Of a DNA stretch of 64,000 nucleotides, positions 10,273 to 18,859 are shown one piece after another. Where the stretch lies: assembly GCA_030429735.1 (NCBI GenBank), contig JAUIET010000005.1:13905-77904 (forward strand), in the 5' to 3' direction. This stretch comes from Gammaproteobacteria bacterium (GTDB lineage Bacteria; Pseudomonadota; Gammaproteobacteria; Pseudomonadales; JAUIET01). Made by a program: the position numbers and the translations under genes. Each line of letters starts with the position of its first letter. The stretch's first letter is position 1. The notes under the pieces were generated by a model, which saw only the letters and a list, made by a program, of their open reading frames with translations, was not told where the DNA came from and did not search any database.

Positions 10273-11391
10273 ATGATTATGAGAACAAGAAGAGAAATGT
10301 TAGTTTCGTTGTCGGCTGCGAGCGCGCTGGCCGCTACTGGCTGGTCTGGCTCGCTAGTGGCGATGTCTGGTACACCGGCGACGGTAAACAGGCAGATTGT
10401 ATTGGCGTCTCGGCCAAAGGGTAAACCGACACTGGATAATTTTCGACTTGAAAAAAGCGCGATAAAACCACCTGCCACCGGTGAGCTGTTACTGAAAACG
10501 CGTTACCTGTCACTGGACCCTTACATGCGCGGTCGAATGACCGCCGGCCCAAGCTACGCGCAAAATGTCGCGCTGAACGACGTAATGCTGGGTGGCACAG
10601 TATCTGAAGTACTTGAAAGTAAACACCCTGATTTTGCAGCTGGCGATATTGTGCTTTCCAATTCCGGCTGGCAGGAGTATGAAACCACCAGTGCGCAAGG
10701 CATTCGGAAACTGGATCCGCGAATCAGCCGCCTGTCCTATGGGCTTGGCGTGCTTGGGATGCCCGGCTTGACGGCCTATGTGGGTCTGCTTGATATTGGT
10801 GAACCAAAACCAGGTGAAACCGTCGTACTGGCTGCATCCACGGGTGCGGTAGGCTCGGTGGTTGGCCAAATTGCGAAATTAAAGGGTTGCCGTGTGGTGG
10901 GCATTGCCGGCGCCAAAGAAAAGTGCGAGTACGCCGTGTCGGAGCTGGGCTACGACGCCTGTGTCAGCCATTATGATGACGATATGGCGAGCCAGCTGAA
11001 AGCAGCCTGTCCTGACGGTATTGACGTGTATTTCGAGAACGTTGGCGGCTCGTCCTGGGAGGCGGTTATGCCATTGCTGAATACCCATGCCAGAGTGCCT
11101 GTATGTGGTCTTATCGCTCATTACAACCAGACAGAACTGCCACCCGGACCGGATCGTATGTCGGTACTGCAATCAGTGATTCTGACCAAGCGCATCAAAA
11201 TGCAGGGCTTTATTATTTCCGATCACGCTGATCGAATTCCTGAATTTGTGACTAATGTATCCACCTGGCTGCAGCAGGGGAAAATTAAATACAAAGAAGA
11301 CGTGGTTAACGGCCTGGAAAATGCGCCTGATGCGTTTCTCGGTTTATTCTCAGGTGCAAATTTTGGCAAGCTGGTAGTGAAAGTGAGCTAG
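10273..11391 (+). CDS. MDR-family NADP-dependent oxidoreductase (YncB/CurA / prostaglandin reductase-like) with N-terminal Tat-like signal
   Basis: The core from NRQIVLASRPKGKPTLDNFRLE...YLSLDPYMRGRM...AASTGAVGSVVGQIAK (Rossmann) is typical of the family. A 36-aa extension MRTRREMLVSLSAASALAATGW...LVA precedes it, with an AAGGA SD. Confidence 0.8.
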   Translation: MIMRTRREMLVSLSAASALAATGWSGSLVAMSGTPATVNRQIVLASRPKGKPTLDNFRLEKSAIKPPATGELLLKTRYLSLDPYMRGRMTAGPSYAQNVALNDVMLGGTVSEVLESKHPDFAAGDIVLSNSGWQEYETTSAQGIRKLDPRISRLSYGLGVLGMPGLTAYVGLLDIGEPKPGETVVLAASTGAVGSVVGQIAKLKGCRVVGIAGAKEKCEYAVSELGYDACVSHYDDDMASQLKAACPDGIDVYFENVGGSSWEAVMPLLNTHARVPVCGLIAHYNQTELPPGPDRMSVLQSVILTKRIKMQGFIISDHADRIPEFVTNVSTWLQQGKIKYKEDVVNGLENAPDAFLGLFSGANFGKLVVKVS

Positions 11392-11680
11392 GGCAGCTCT
11401 GAAAAATACCCGATGCCTCTGGCTTACAGGCGACTCCAGCATTGAGGCGCGAGTTTGCAGGCATACTGGCCGTACGTCAAAAACTCGCAACGAAAAGGCT
11501 GGAGTCGCCTGTAAGCCCCGGAGGGCGCGGCCTGTAGCGCACCGTGACTTTGTTGCGCTCCTCGCCAGGGACACCAACGGTAGGCGCTTTAGGCGACCAG
11601 CACTGGCCTTCGGAACGCGCCTCATCACGGCACGCTACAGGCCACGCAGAGGCATCGGGTATTTTTCAGAGCTGCCCTAG
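11388..11680. repeat. Nested-palindrome MITE/REP-like element, copy 2 (full length, inverted interior)
   Basis: Same terminal inverted repeats (ctagGGCAGCTCTGAAAAATACCC...GGGTATTTTTCAGAGCTGCCctag). The interior is the reverse complement of copy 1, with about 20 extra bp in module A. The left end overlaps the TAG stop of the upstream gene. Confidence 0.9.
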
Positions 11681-11718
11681 GTAAGCAAGCACTATCAACA
11701 TCAGTGACTTTGCTTTAC

Positions 11719-13425
11719 TCATGCCAGTGTAATTTTGGCAGTACCGCGCTGGGTTGTGGCGTCAACAATAACGCGTTGCTCAAGGCGCTGTGAGCTGCGG
11801 GTGGACAAAATTGTATTCACGAAATAGTAGTCAGCGCTGCATTGCTCAGGTGTGATGGTCAACACCGCATAGCCGCGATCTGCCGTATTGGTATAGCGGA
11901 CATTTTCATTTCGGGCTTGTATGATTCGCCCGAATTTCTCAGCGTTTATGCCCAATACCTCTGATACGCCGGGCGAGGTGACACTGCTTACTGCAATTTC
12001 TGCCGCAACATTGACACTATTGCTGGGGTGCACAATATCATTTGCCCAGGCGTTATGCGTATCGCCGGTCAGTACGACCGCATTGTTGGCGTGCAGGAGC
12101 ACGGCATTCAACAGTCGTTCCCGTGCTGCCGGATAACCGTCCCAGGCATCCAGGTTATATGGCAAACCGAGAGCAGAAAACTCAGCGAACTGACGTGCTC
12201 TTGGAATGAGACTGGCTATTTCCTCGGCGGAAAAATGCTTGGCCATATCGGGCGCCAGTACATTGGCCATAATGGTTTGATTGCCAATCAACTGCCAGGT
12301 TGTACTTGCCATCGCTGAACGTTGCAACTCTTCGGCCAGCCATTTTTCTTGCTCTGTGCCAATCATGCGCCGCTCAGGATTGTTGAGTATTTCCCGCTTG
12401 AAGCGGGGTATGTCCGGTCTGGGTTGGTCGCTGCCGGCAACCGAAACATAAGGCAAGTCTTCGGAATAGCTCAGGGCTTTGTCTCTGCCGGATAAGCGTG
12501 TTTCAAGGATGATAAGGCTCAGTAACTTGCCAAACTGGAAGCTGCGAAAATTATTTTCGCGATGTGCCAACGGTTCACGAACCGGCATCCATTCGAAATA
12601 CGCTTGCAATGCGGCGGCTTTGCGCTCTTTCCAGCTACCTTCGCTGTTGTCATGGTTTTCCGCGCCCAGCTGATAGCTGTCGTTAGCTACTTCATGATCA
12701 TCCCAGGCGCATATAAATGCGTGCTTTGCATGTGCCGCTTGCAAGTCCGGGTCTGATTTGTATTGCGCGTGGCGAAGCCGGTAGTCGCTGAGGCTGAGTA
12801 CTTCGTTAACGGGTATGGTTTGCCGGCCCATTTGGGACGCTTTGGGTGAATCGTATCCCCCGGATTCGTATTCGTAGATGTAGTCTCCCGCGTGATACAC
12901 CGCATCAAGGTCATCGTGTTCTGCGAGGTAGCGGTAGACATTGAAATAACCGAATGAGTAGTTGGAACAGGACACAACTCCCAGTTTGGCTTGCTGCACG
13001 GATTCAAATGCCAGCGTTTTAAATCGTCCCGTTGGGGAGTGTTGGGGGCCACTCGCAAAGCGGTAGTAATAAATCGAACCGGGTACGAGACCTTCAACGT
13101 CTACTTTGCACGTGAAGTCCTTGCTGGCGTCGGTGAGCACCGAACCGCTTTTGAAAATAGTTCGAAACTGCTCGTCCAGTGCTACTTGCCACGTAACACG
13201 GTGCTGGCTGTCGGCCGCTATCGCATTGCTAACGGCTTTTTCATTGCCGACACCCGATACCCGCGTCCAGATAATCGCACTTTCCTGGCGGGGATCACCG
13301 CTGGCAACACCGTGGGCGAAGCGGGTAGGTCCAGTTGGTTTAGAGGTGCTGCCCGCGCAGCCTAGCAAAGGTGCGCTGGCTGCCGCGGTTAAGGCTCGCT
13401 TGAGTAGGGTTCTACGCTGGTTCAA
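11719..13425 (-). CDS. phoD: Alkaline phosphatase D family, Tat-exported lipoprotein
   Basis: Tat motif [10 protein letters not shown], lipobox LLGCAG, GVASGDP and [11 protein letters not shown] metallophosphatase motifs. TTG start at 13425. Confidence 0.85.
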   Translation of the reverse strand: MNQRRTLLKRALTAAASAPLLGCAGSTSKPTGPTRFAHGVASGDPRQESAIIWTRVSGVGNEKAVSNAIAADSQHRVTWQVALDEQFRTIFKSGSVLTDASKDFTCKVDVEGLVPGSIYYYRFASGPQHSPTGRFKTLAFESVQQAKLGVVSCSNYSFGYFNVYRYLAEHDDLDAVYHAGDYIYEYESGGYDSPKASQMGRQTIPVNEVLSLSDYRLRHAQYKSDPDLQAAHAKHAFICAWDDHEVANDSYQLGAENHDNSEGSWKERKAAALQAYFEWMPVREPLAHRENNFRSFQFGKLLSLIILETRLSGRDKALSYSEDLPYVSVAGSDQPRPDIPRFKREILNNPERRMIGTEQEKWLAEELQRSAMASTTWQLIGNQTIMANVLAPDMAKHFSAEEIASLIPRARQFAEFSALGLPYNLDAWDGYPAARERLLNAVLLHANNAVVLTGDTHNAWANDIVHPSNSVNVAAEIAVSSVTSPGVSEVLGINAEKFGRIIQARNENVRYTNTADRGYAVLTITPEQCSADYYFVNTILSTRSSQRLEQRVIVDATTQRGTAKITLA

Positions 13426-13906
13426 AATCGAGCACGGACTCTATCGCGTCTTCCAGCTCGGCCGGTGTGGTTTTTGGTGAGAACCGGTTCAGCACCTTGC
13501 CATCAGGATCGACCAGAAACTTAGTAAAATTCCACTTCACGCCCGTGGTACCCAGCACGCCAGGTGCTTCGCTTCTAAGGTGTTTATACAAAGGGTGTGC
13601 ACCACTGCCATTGACCTCCAGTTTGGCAAACATCGGAAACTCCACGTCATAATTCAAACTGCAAAATTCCAGAATTGCCTCATTTGAATCAGGGTCTTGA
13701 TTGCCAAACTGATTGCACGGAAAACCAAGGATTTCCAGGCCTTGATCGCGATATTTGTCGTACAGTGCCTGTAAGCCTTTGAACTGTGGCGTAAATCCGC
13801 ATTTACTGGCTGTGTTAACAATCAGCAGTGTTTTGCCCCTGTAGTCACTAAGTGATTTCTTTTCACCTTGAATGGTTTCAACGTCAAAATCATGCACTGT
13901 GCTCAT
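13412..13906 (-). CDS. Glutathione peroxidase
   Basis: [21 protein letters not shown] and WNFTKFLV motifs. ATG 13906 has a GGAGG SD and is preferred over the longer ORF start at 13966. Confidence 0.88.
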   Translation of the reverse strand: MSTVHDFDVETIQGEKKSLSDYRGKTLLIVNTASKCGFTPQFKGLQALYDKYRDQGLEILGFPCNQFGNQDPDSNEAILEFCSLNYDVEFPMFAKLEVNGSGAHPLYKHLRSEAPGVLGTTGVKWNFTKFLVDPDGKVLNRFSPKTTPAELEDAIESVLDFEPA

Positions 13907-14132
13907 AATGGCCTCCGCCGAGTGATTCACAAACGGGAGTATAGGGCTTTGTAGTTGGGCCGACAATTACTTATAGTAAGCTGGGCACGCCACTGCGCAC
14001 GCAGTCAGCTGATCGGAAGAATCGCACTATGCCAGTTAATGAACAAGCCAGGGCGGTATTGGACCTGATGGGAGAGCAAGCACTCAATCCGCAAACCATG
14101 ACCGTGGCAGAGTTGCGTGAGGTGACCAGCGT

Positions 14133-14924
14133 ATGAAAGAAAGCCCCGCCACCGACTTGCGTGTAACGCTTATTCAAAGTGATCTGCGTTGGCATGACCC
14201 GCAGTCAAACAAAGCAATGTACGCCGAGAAAATTGCTGCTATTGCCGGCGAAACGGATGTTATTGTGTTACCGGAAATGTTTACATCCGGCTTTACGACG
14301 GAGATCGATGGTCTTGATGCTTTGGGGGCACCAACAACCGAGTGGATGAAAGCGCAAGCAAAGCTGTCTGGCGCTGCGATTACTGGCAGTACTGTTTTTG
14401 AAGTGAATGGCGGCCACGCGAATCGCATGCTGTTTGTAACGCCAACCGGCGATGTGCAGCATTATGATAAAACGCATTTGTTTCGCATGGCCGGTGAGCA
14501 CGAACGTTACGTGGCGGGAAACACGCGTGTGGTTGTGCACTATCACGGGTGGAACATTCTGCTAACCGTGTGCTATGACCTGCGCTTTCCGGTATTTTGC
14601 CGAAACAAACAAGATTACGATCTGTTGCTGTGCGTAGCCAACTGGCCTGCTGCACGGCGCGCGCCCTGGCGCACTTTGTTGCAAGCAAGAGCAATAGAGA
14701 ACCTGGCCTACACAGCTGGCGTTAACCGCATTGGTCTGGACGGCAAAGGCCTGGAGTACAGTGGCGACTCAATGCTAGTGGACTTTAAGGGTGATGCGCT
14801 TATTGATCACCCAAGAGATACCGAATTCACTGAAACGCACACCATTAGTCTGGCAAAGCTGGCAAATTTCAGAGACAAATTTCAAGCCTGGCGCGACGCC
14901 GACCGTTTTGAAATGCAGTTATAG
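14133..14924 (+). CDS. yafV: Carbon-nitrogen hydrolase family omega-amidase (YafV-like)
   Basis: VLPEMFTSGF, HLFRMAGEH, CYDLRFPV and ANWPAARR are collinear with E. coli YafV. Confidence 0.85.
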   Translation: MKESPATDLRVTLIQSDLRWHDPQSNKAMYAEKIAAIAGETDVIVLPEMFTSGFTTEIDGLDALGAPTTEWMKAQAKLSGAAITGSTVFEVNGGHANRMLFVTPTGDVQHYDKTHLFRMAGEHERYVAGNTRVVVHYHGWNILLTVCYDLRFPVFCRNKQDYDLLLCVANWPAARRAPWRTLLQARAIENLAYTAGVNRIGLDGKGLEYSGDSMLVDFKGDALIDHPRDTEFTETHTISLAKLANFRDKFQAWRDADRFEMQL

Positions 14925-14928
14925 TCGT

Positions 14929-16782
14929 TTAGTTGAGTGCTTCAACACGCGCTCGCGCTTGGTCTACGTCAAAATGAGTGATGCTACTGGGTGCAAGCGC
15001 AACGGCTTTCTGATAAAAGCTCTTGGCACTGGCAGATTTGCCCAACTGATCAAGTGATACCGCTAGATTGAAGGCGTAGTCAGCGCTGCCATTGTCCCGA
15101 TTAAACGCGTCAAAATACGCTTGTTGTGCGTCGGCCCAGCGCTTGTCGCGTGCGTACCAGTTACCGAGAATGAACGGCAACTCAGAGACGGTTGGGTTAT
15201 TGCGCGCCAGTTTCATCAAATCGCTTTCAAGTTGCTCGCGGTTGTTGGTGCTGGACAAGCTTGCTAAAGCTGCCAGCGCATACGCATGATCGGGTTGGTT
15301 TTTTACGGCACGCACAAGATACTGCACTGCAAGATCGTTGTTGCCTTGCTGCTGAGCCATTGAGCCCAGCCCAACAAGTGCTTCGGTGTCATCCGGATTA
15401 GCCTGCAGGATACGTTCATAGGCAGCTTGAGCACCGCTTAGGTCGCCACCTGCCCATTGTGAGTAAGCCAGCTCATGCGGACTGACGTCCGCTTCGCGCT
15501 GATCAAATGTGATGCCAAATTCAGATTCTGCAACTGGATAGTAGCTATTTTCTGCGTCGGCCAGAGCGTCGGGCTCGTACAATGATTCATCGTAGTAGTT
15601 GAACTCTTCGGCGCCAACACTGGCAGCGTCTACCTGGTCAGTCGCGATCGCAGTGCCCTGCGCTGATGACGCATTGCCTGGTGCAGTATCAACCGCCATT
15701 CCAACCACAGCGCCTGAAACCGGCTCATTGACGGATTGATAACGCGGCGGAGGCACACTGCCTACCGTGGGTGTGCTTACGTCTGGCACGCTTAAGGCGC
15801 GCATATTGGCGCTCAATAACAGATACACAATGGTGGCCGCTATCAATACCGCACAGACCGCGCCGGCACTGATTAGCACCAGCTGTCGGCGTTGGGTGGC
15901 CTGTGCCGCGCGCTGTGCTTCTCTTTGTTCAGCGAGCACGCGCTCGTTTTCCATGTACATATCAACCAATGCCTGCGCAATTTTCTGAGGGTCGATATGT
16001 GGAATTTCGCTGCTGAGTTGTAGTGCGTTCGCAGCGGGTTGTGGTTCGATTCGGCTGACGACGGCAATGTCTTCGTCGTGAAAATCGTCGTTTGCGCTGT
16101 GCAAAGGGTCGCTGCCGTGCCGGGTTTTCTGTTCTTGAAAATCGTCAGCAAGCGTAAAAAGCGTGTGCTCCTGGTGCTCTGAAAGATCTGCCGATTCATG
16201 CTTGGTCTGAGCAGCATTGTCCGAGCTTGATTCATTCTCCAGCTCAGCAAATTCCACATCAGGGACGGGCAAGTTTTGCAACCCGAATTCAGCGGCTGTT
16301 GGTTGATCTGTATCCAAGGGAATATGTGGTTCTGCGCTGGACTCATGGCGGCCCTTGTTCAGGGACTTAAGCATACGACTTACCGTTTCTTCGGTAGTTG
16401 CAAGCGCTTCTCGCTCCATTTCATCGTAGAGGTCGTTGTAGTCCAACGTGCTCAGTTCGCCCATCCATTCGGATTCACCGGCAGATTCAGCGTGGTTGAT
16501 GAGCTCGGCGTTTGAGAGGCAGTTGTTTGTAGCCTCGGTTTCCAATTCGGGAAGCAGCTGCTTAAGGCTGATGATCTGGCCTTTCGTGACGGCCTGCACA
16601 AGCGCGGGTTTTTTGCGGTGTCTGAGACTCAGCAGCCGACGTTCTATTTCAATAAATGCATCGTCCAGAAACTCATCAGCAAACTCCTCGGCTTCGCGCA
16701 AGGCGCTAGCGTAGAGTTCGTCTTTTGTGTCGGTATTCTGGTGTGCACATGTGCTGGATGGAGCGTGCTTAACAGAGTCCAT
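14929..16782 (-). CDS. Single-pass membrane protein with acidic cytoplasmic N-domain and periplasmic C-terminal TPR repeats
   Basis: The N-terminal region of about 300 aa is D/E-rich. One TM segment (LVLISAGAVCAVLIAATIVYLLL). C-terminal TPR-like repeats (AQAAYERILQANPDDTEALVGLG..., AVQYLVRAVKNQPDH...). Confidence 0.6.
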   Translation of the reverse strand: MDSVKHAPSSTCAHQNTDTKDELYASALREAEEFADEFLDDAFIEIERRLLSLRHRKKPALVQAVTKGQIISLKQLLPELETEATNNCLSNAELINHAESAGESEWMGELSTLDYNDLYDEMEREALATTEETVSRMLKSLNKGRHESSAEPHIPLDTDQPTAAEFGLQNLPVPDVEFAELENESSSDNAAQTKHESADLSEHQEHTLFTLADDFQEQKTRHGSDPLHSANDDFHDEDIAVVSRIEPQPAANALQLSSEIPHIDPQKIAQALVDMYMENERVLAEQREAQRAAQATQRRQLVLISAGAVCAVLIAATIVYLLLSANMRALSVPDVSTPTVGSVPPPRYQSVNEPVSGAVVGMAVDTAPGNASSAQGTAIATDQVDAASVGAEEFNYYDESLYEPDALADAENSYYPVAESEFGITFDQREADVSPHELAYSQWAGGDLSGAQAAYERILQANPDDTEALVGLGSMAQQQGNNDLAVQYLVRAVKNQPDHAYALAALASLSSTNNREQLESDLMKLARNNPTVSELPFILGNWYARDKRWADAQQAYFDAFNRDNGSADYAFNLAVSLDQLGKSASAKSFYQKAVALAPSSITHFDVDQARARVEALN

Positions 16783-16840
16783 TCCGTGGCTCTCTTTGTT
16801 ATTCCCTTATCTTAAAACTGTAGCAGTGGGAGCCCTTAAT

Positions 16841-17344
16841 TCAAGCAGCCTGAGTAACGCTGATCGTCACCGGAAGCGCGCGGCGCAAGGTTTTATACAG
16901 CGGATCGTTGGCGCACATTTGCTCAATTTCAGCGGCGCGTTCACTGGCCTTAACTTCAAACTGCAAATCTATGGCTTCCAATGGGGGGCGGTCGTCATCA
17001 CCGTTCAGTAGGTTTGAGCAGACACCGGTGCTGCTTGAAGTCACCAATTCCATGGAAACACCGGCCAATTGGGCGCGTTGTACCATTGTTGCCATCACGC
17101 TGCTGGTCAAAGCGTGCAACAGATGTTCAACTGAACTTGCCGACGTGTCTGAGCCGCGTATATCAGCAAATTGCGCGGCATTGGTTTCCAGAACAATCGC
17201 CGTTTGCCGACTGCCGTGTGCATCACGTTCCACACGCGATCGACAACGCAGTCCCCCCAGCCAGCGCGATCTTATTCGTGCAATGCTACTGGCTGCTACT
17301 GTGCTTGTTTCGTTCAAGAGGCATCTCTTTGTGATTGCGGTCAC
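16841..17344 (-). CDS. OsmC/Ohr-family-like protein
   Basis: The pattern ...SSVEHLLHALTSSVMATMV...IDLQFEVKAS...MCANDPLYKTL resembles the OsmC fold. GTG start. The opposite-strand ORF 16908..17399 is S/R-rich and judged a shadow. Confidence 0.5.
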   Translation of the reverse strand: MTAITKRCLLNETSTVAASSIARIRSRWLGGLRCRSRVERDAHGSRQTAIVLETNAAQFADIRGSDTSASSVEHLLHALTSSVMATMVQRAQLAGVSMELVTSSSTGVCSNLLNGDDDRPPLEAIDLQFEVKASERAAEIEQMCANDPLYKTLRRALPVTISVTQAA

Positions 17345-17441
17345 AAAAAAGATAGTATATGTTCAAAAATTGAACAAATATTTAGAGTATGAAGCGTAGT
17401 ATTCCCGGATAGATGGTCTATATGCCATCTATGCAAGGCGC

Positions 17442-18854
17442 CTAAATCAGTTTTTTCGGATCAAGCAATTGCTTCAAGCGCTTTGGCTCTATGTCTGTCA
17501 TCTCCGCCGCTACCTCGGCAATGGGTCGGCCCTGCTGGTATGCTGCTTTGGCGATTTCGGCCGCCTTGTTGTAACCCACTTCGCTGTTCAGCGCTGTCAC
17601 CAGGATTGGGTTACGGTGCAGGCTTTCATTCAGTATGTCAGCGCGCACCGTAAAACCGGCAATTGCGTCATCGGCCAGCAGGCGGCTGGCATTGCCCAAC
17701 AGCTCAATACTCTGCAACAGGTTATACGCTATGACCGGCAGCATCACATTAAGCTGAAAATTGCCTGATTGGCCGGCCACCGTAATACAGCTGTCATTAC
17801 CGATCACCTGGGCAGACACCATGGCCACTGACTCGGGAATAACCGGGTTTACCTTGCCAGGCATTATGCTGCTGCCCGGTTGCAAGGCCGGTAAGGCAAT
17901 CTCACCCAAACCGGCCAGAGGACCGCTGTTCATCCAGCGCAAGTCATTGGCTATTTTCATAAGGGCCACAGCAAGTGTCTTGAGTTGCCCGGACAACTCA
18001 ACAGCGGTGTCCTGGCTGCTTATGCTCTCAAACGCGTTGCGATTCGGTTTAAATGCCAATCCGGTGCGTTCGCTCAAGTGGCGCGCGAAGCAGGGGGCGA
18101 AACCCAATGGTGCGTTAACCCCTGTGCCTACTGCGGTGCCTCCTTGTGCAAGCAGCATCAAGCGCTTGCGAGTGTCATTTATGCGCCGGGTTGCCGAGGC
18201 TAATTGCGCGCTCCAGGCTGACAGCTCTTGCCCCATTGACAAGGGCATTGCATCCATTAAATGAGTACGGCCCGTTTTCACTGTTTTGCGCAATTCGCGT
18301 GATCTTTGATCAATCGTAGTGCGTAAATGGGCTATGGCTGGTAGTAAGTGTTCACTTAGCTGGCATGCTGCGCTGACATGAATTGCCGTTGGTATCACGT
18401 CATTGCTGCTTTGCCCATAGTTAACGTGATCATTGGGGTGCACAGACTCGCCGAGGGCTTTGCTGGCCAAATTGGCGATAACTTCATTGGCATTCATGTT
18501 TGAACTGGTGCCGGACCCTGTTTGAAACACGTCTACCGGGAAGTGCTCGTCTAACTCATTGCTGGCAACCTGGCTGGCGGCCTTGATAATCGCATTGGCA
18601 ATGGGTTTTGACAGGGTACCCAACTCCAGGTTAGCCGCGGCGGCACTCGCTTTGACGTCCCCAAGGGCGCGTATGAATGCGGCTGGCATTGCCAAGCCAC
18701 TGACGGGAAAATTATTGACCGCGCGTTGCGTCTGGGCCGCGTACAGCGCCTGACTGGGGACTTTAAGCGCGCCCATGCTGTCGTGCTCAATGCGGGAGCG
18801 GGTGAGCTTTGCCCCGTTGCCTTTACCCGTCGACTTGCCTGTTTTCTTGCTCAT
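17442..18854 (-). CDS. fumC: Class II fumarate hydratase (fumarase/aspartase superfamily)
   Basis: GSSIMPGKVNP signature, SGNFQLNV, and N-terminus DSMGALKVPSQALYAAQTQRAVNNFPVSG. An aspartase assignment is not fully excluded. Confidence 0.75.
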   Translation of the reverse strand: MSKKTGKSTGKGNGAKLTRSRIEHDSMGALKVPSQALYAAQTQRAVNNFPVSGLAMPAAFIRALGDVKASAAAANLELGTLSKPIANAIIKAASQVASNELDEHFPVDVFQTGSGTSSNMNANEVIANLASKALGESVHPNDHVNYGQSSNDVIPTAIHVSAACQLSEHLLPAIAHLRTTIDQRSRELRKTVKTGRTHLMDAMPLSMGQELSAWSAQLASATRRINDTRKRLMLLAQGGTAVGTGVNAPLGFAPCFARHLSERTGLAFKPNRNAFESISSQDTAVELSGQLKTLAVALMKIANDLRWMNSGPLAGLGEIALPALQPGSSIMPGKVNPVIPESVAMVSAQVIGNDSCITVAGQSGNFQLNVMLPVIAYNLLQSIELLGNASRLLADDAIAGFTVRADILNESLHRNPILVTALNSEVGYNKAAEIAKAAYQQGRPIAEVAAEMTDIEPKRLKQLLDPKKLI

Positions 18855-18859
18855 GGCCG

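Noticed and set aside
13971-14195. 74-aa minus-strand ORF in the gpx/yafV divergent region.
   Set aside because: It overlaps the yafV start and the candidate leader ORF. It has no SD and no recognisable motif.
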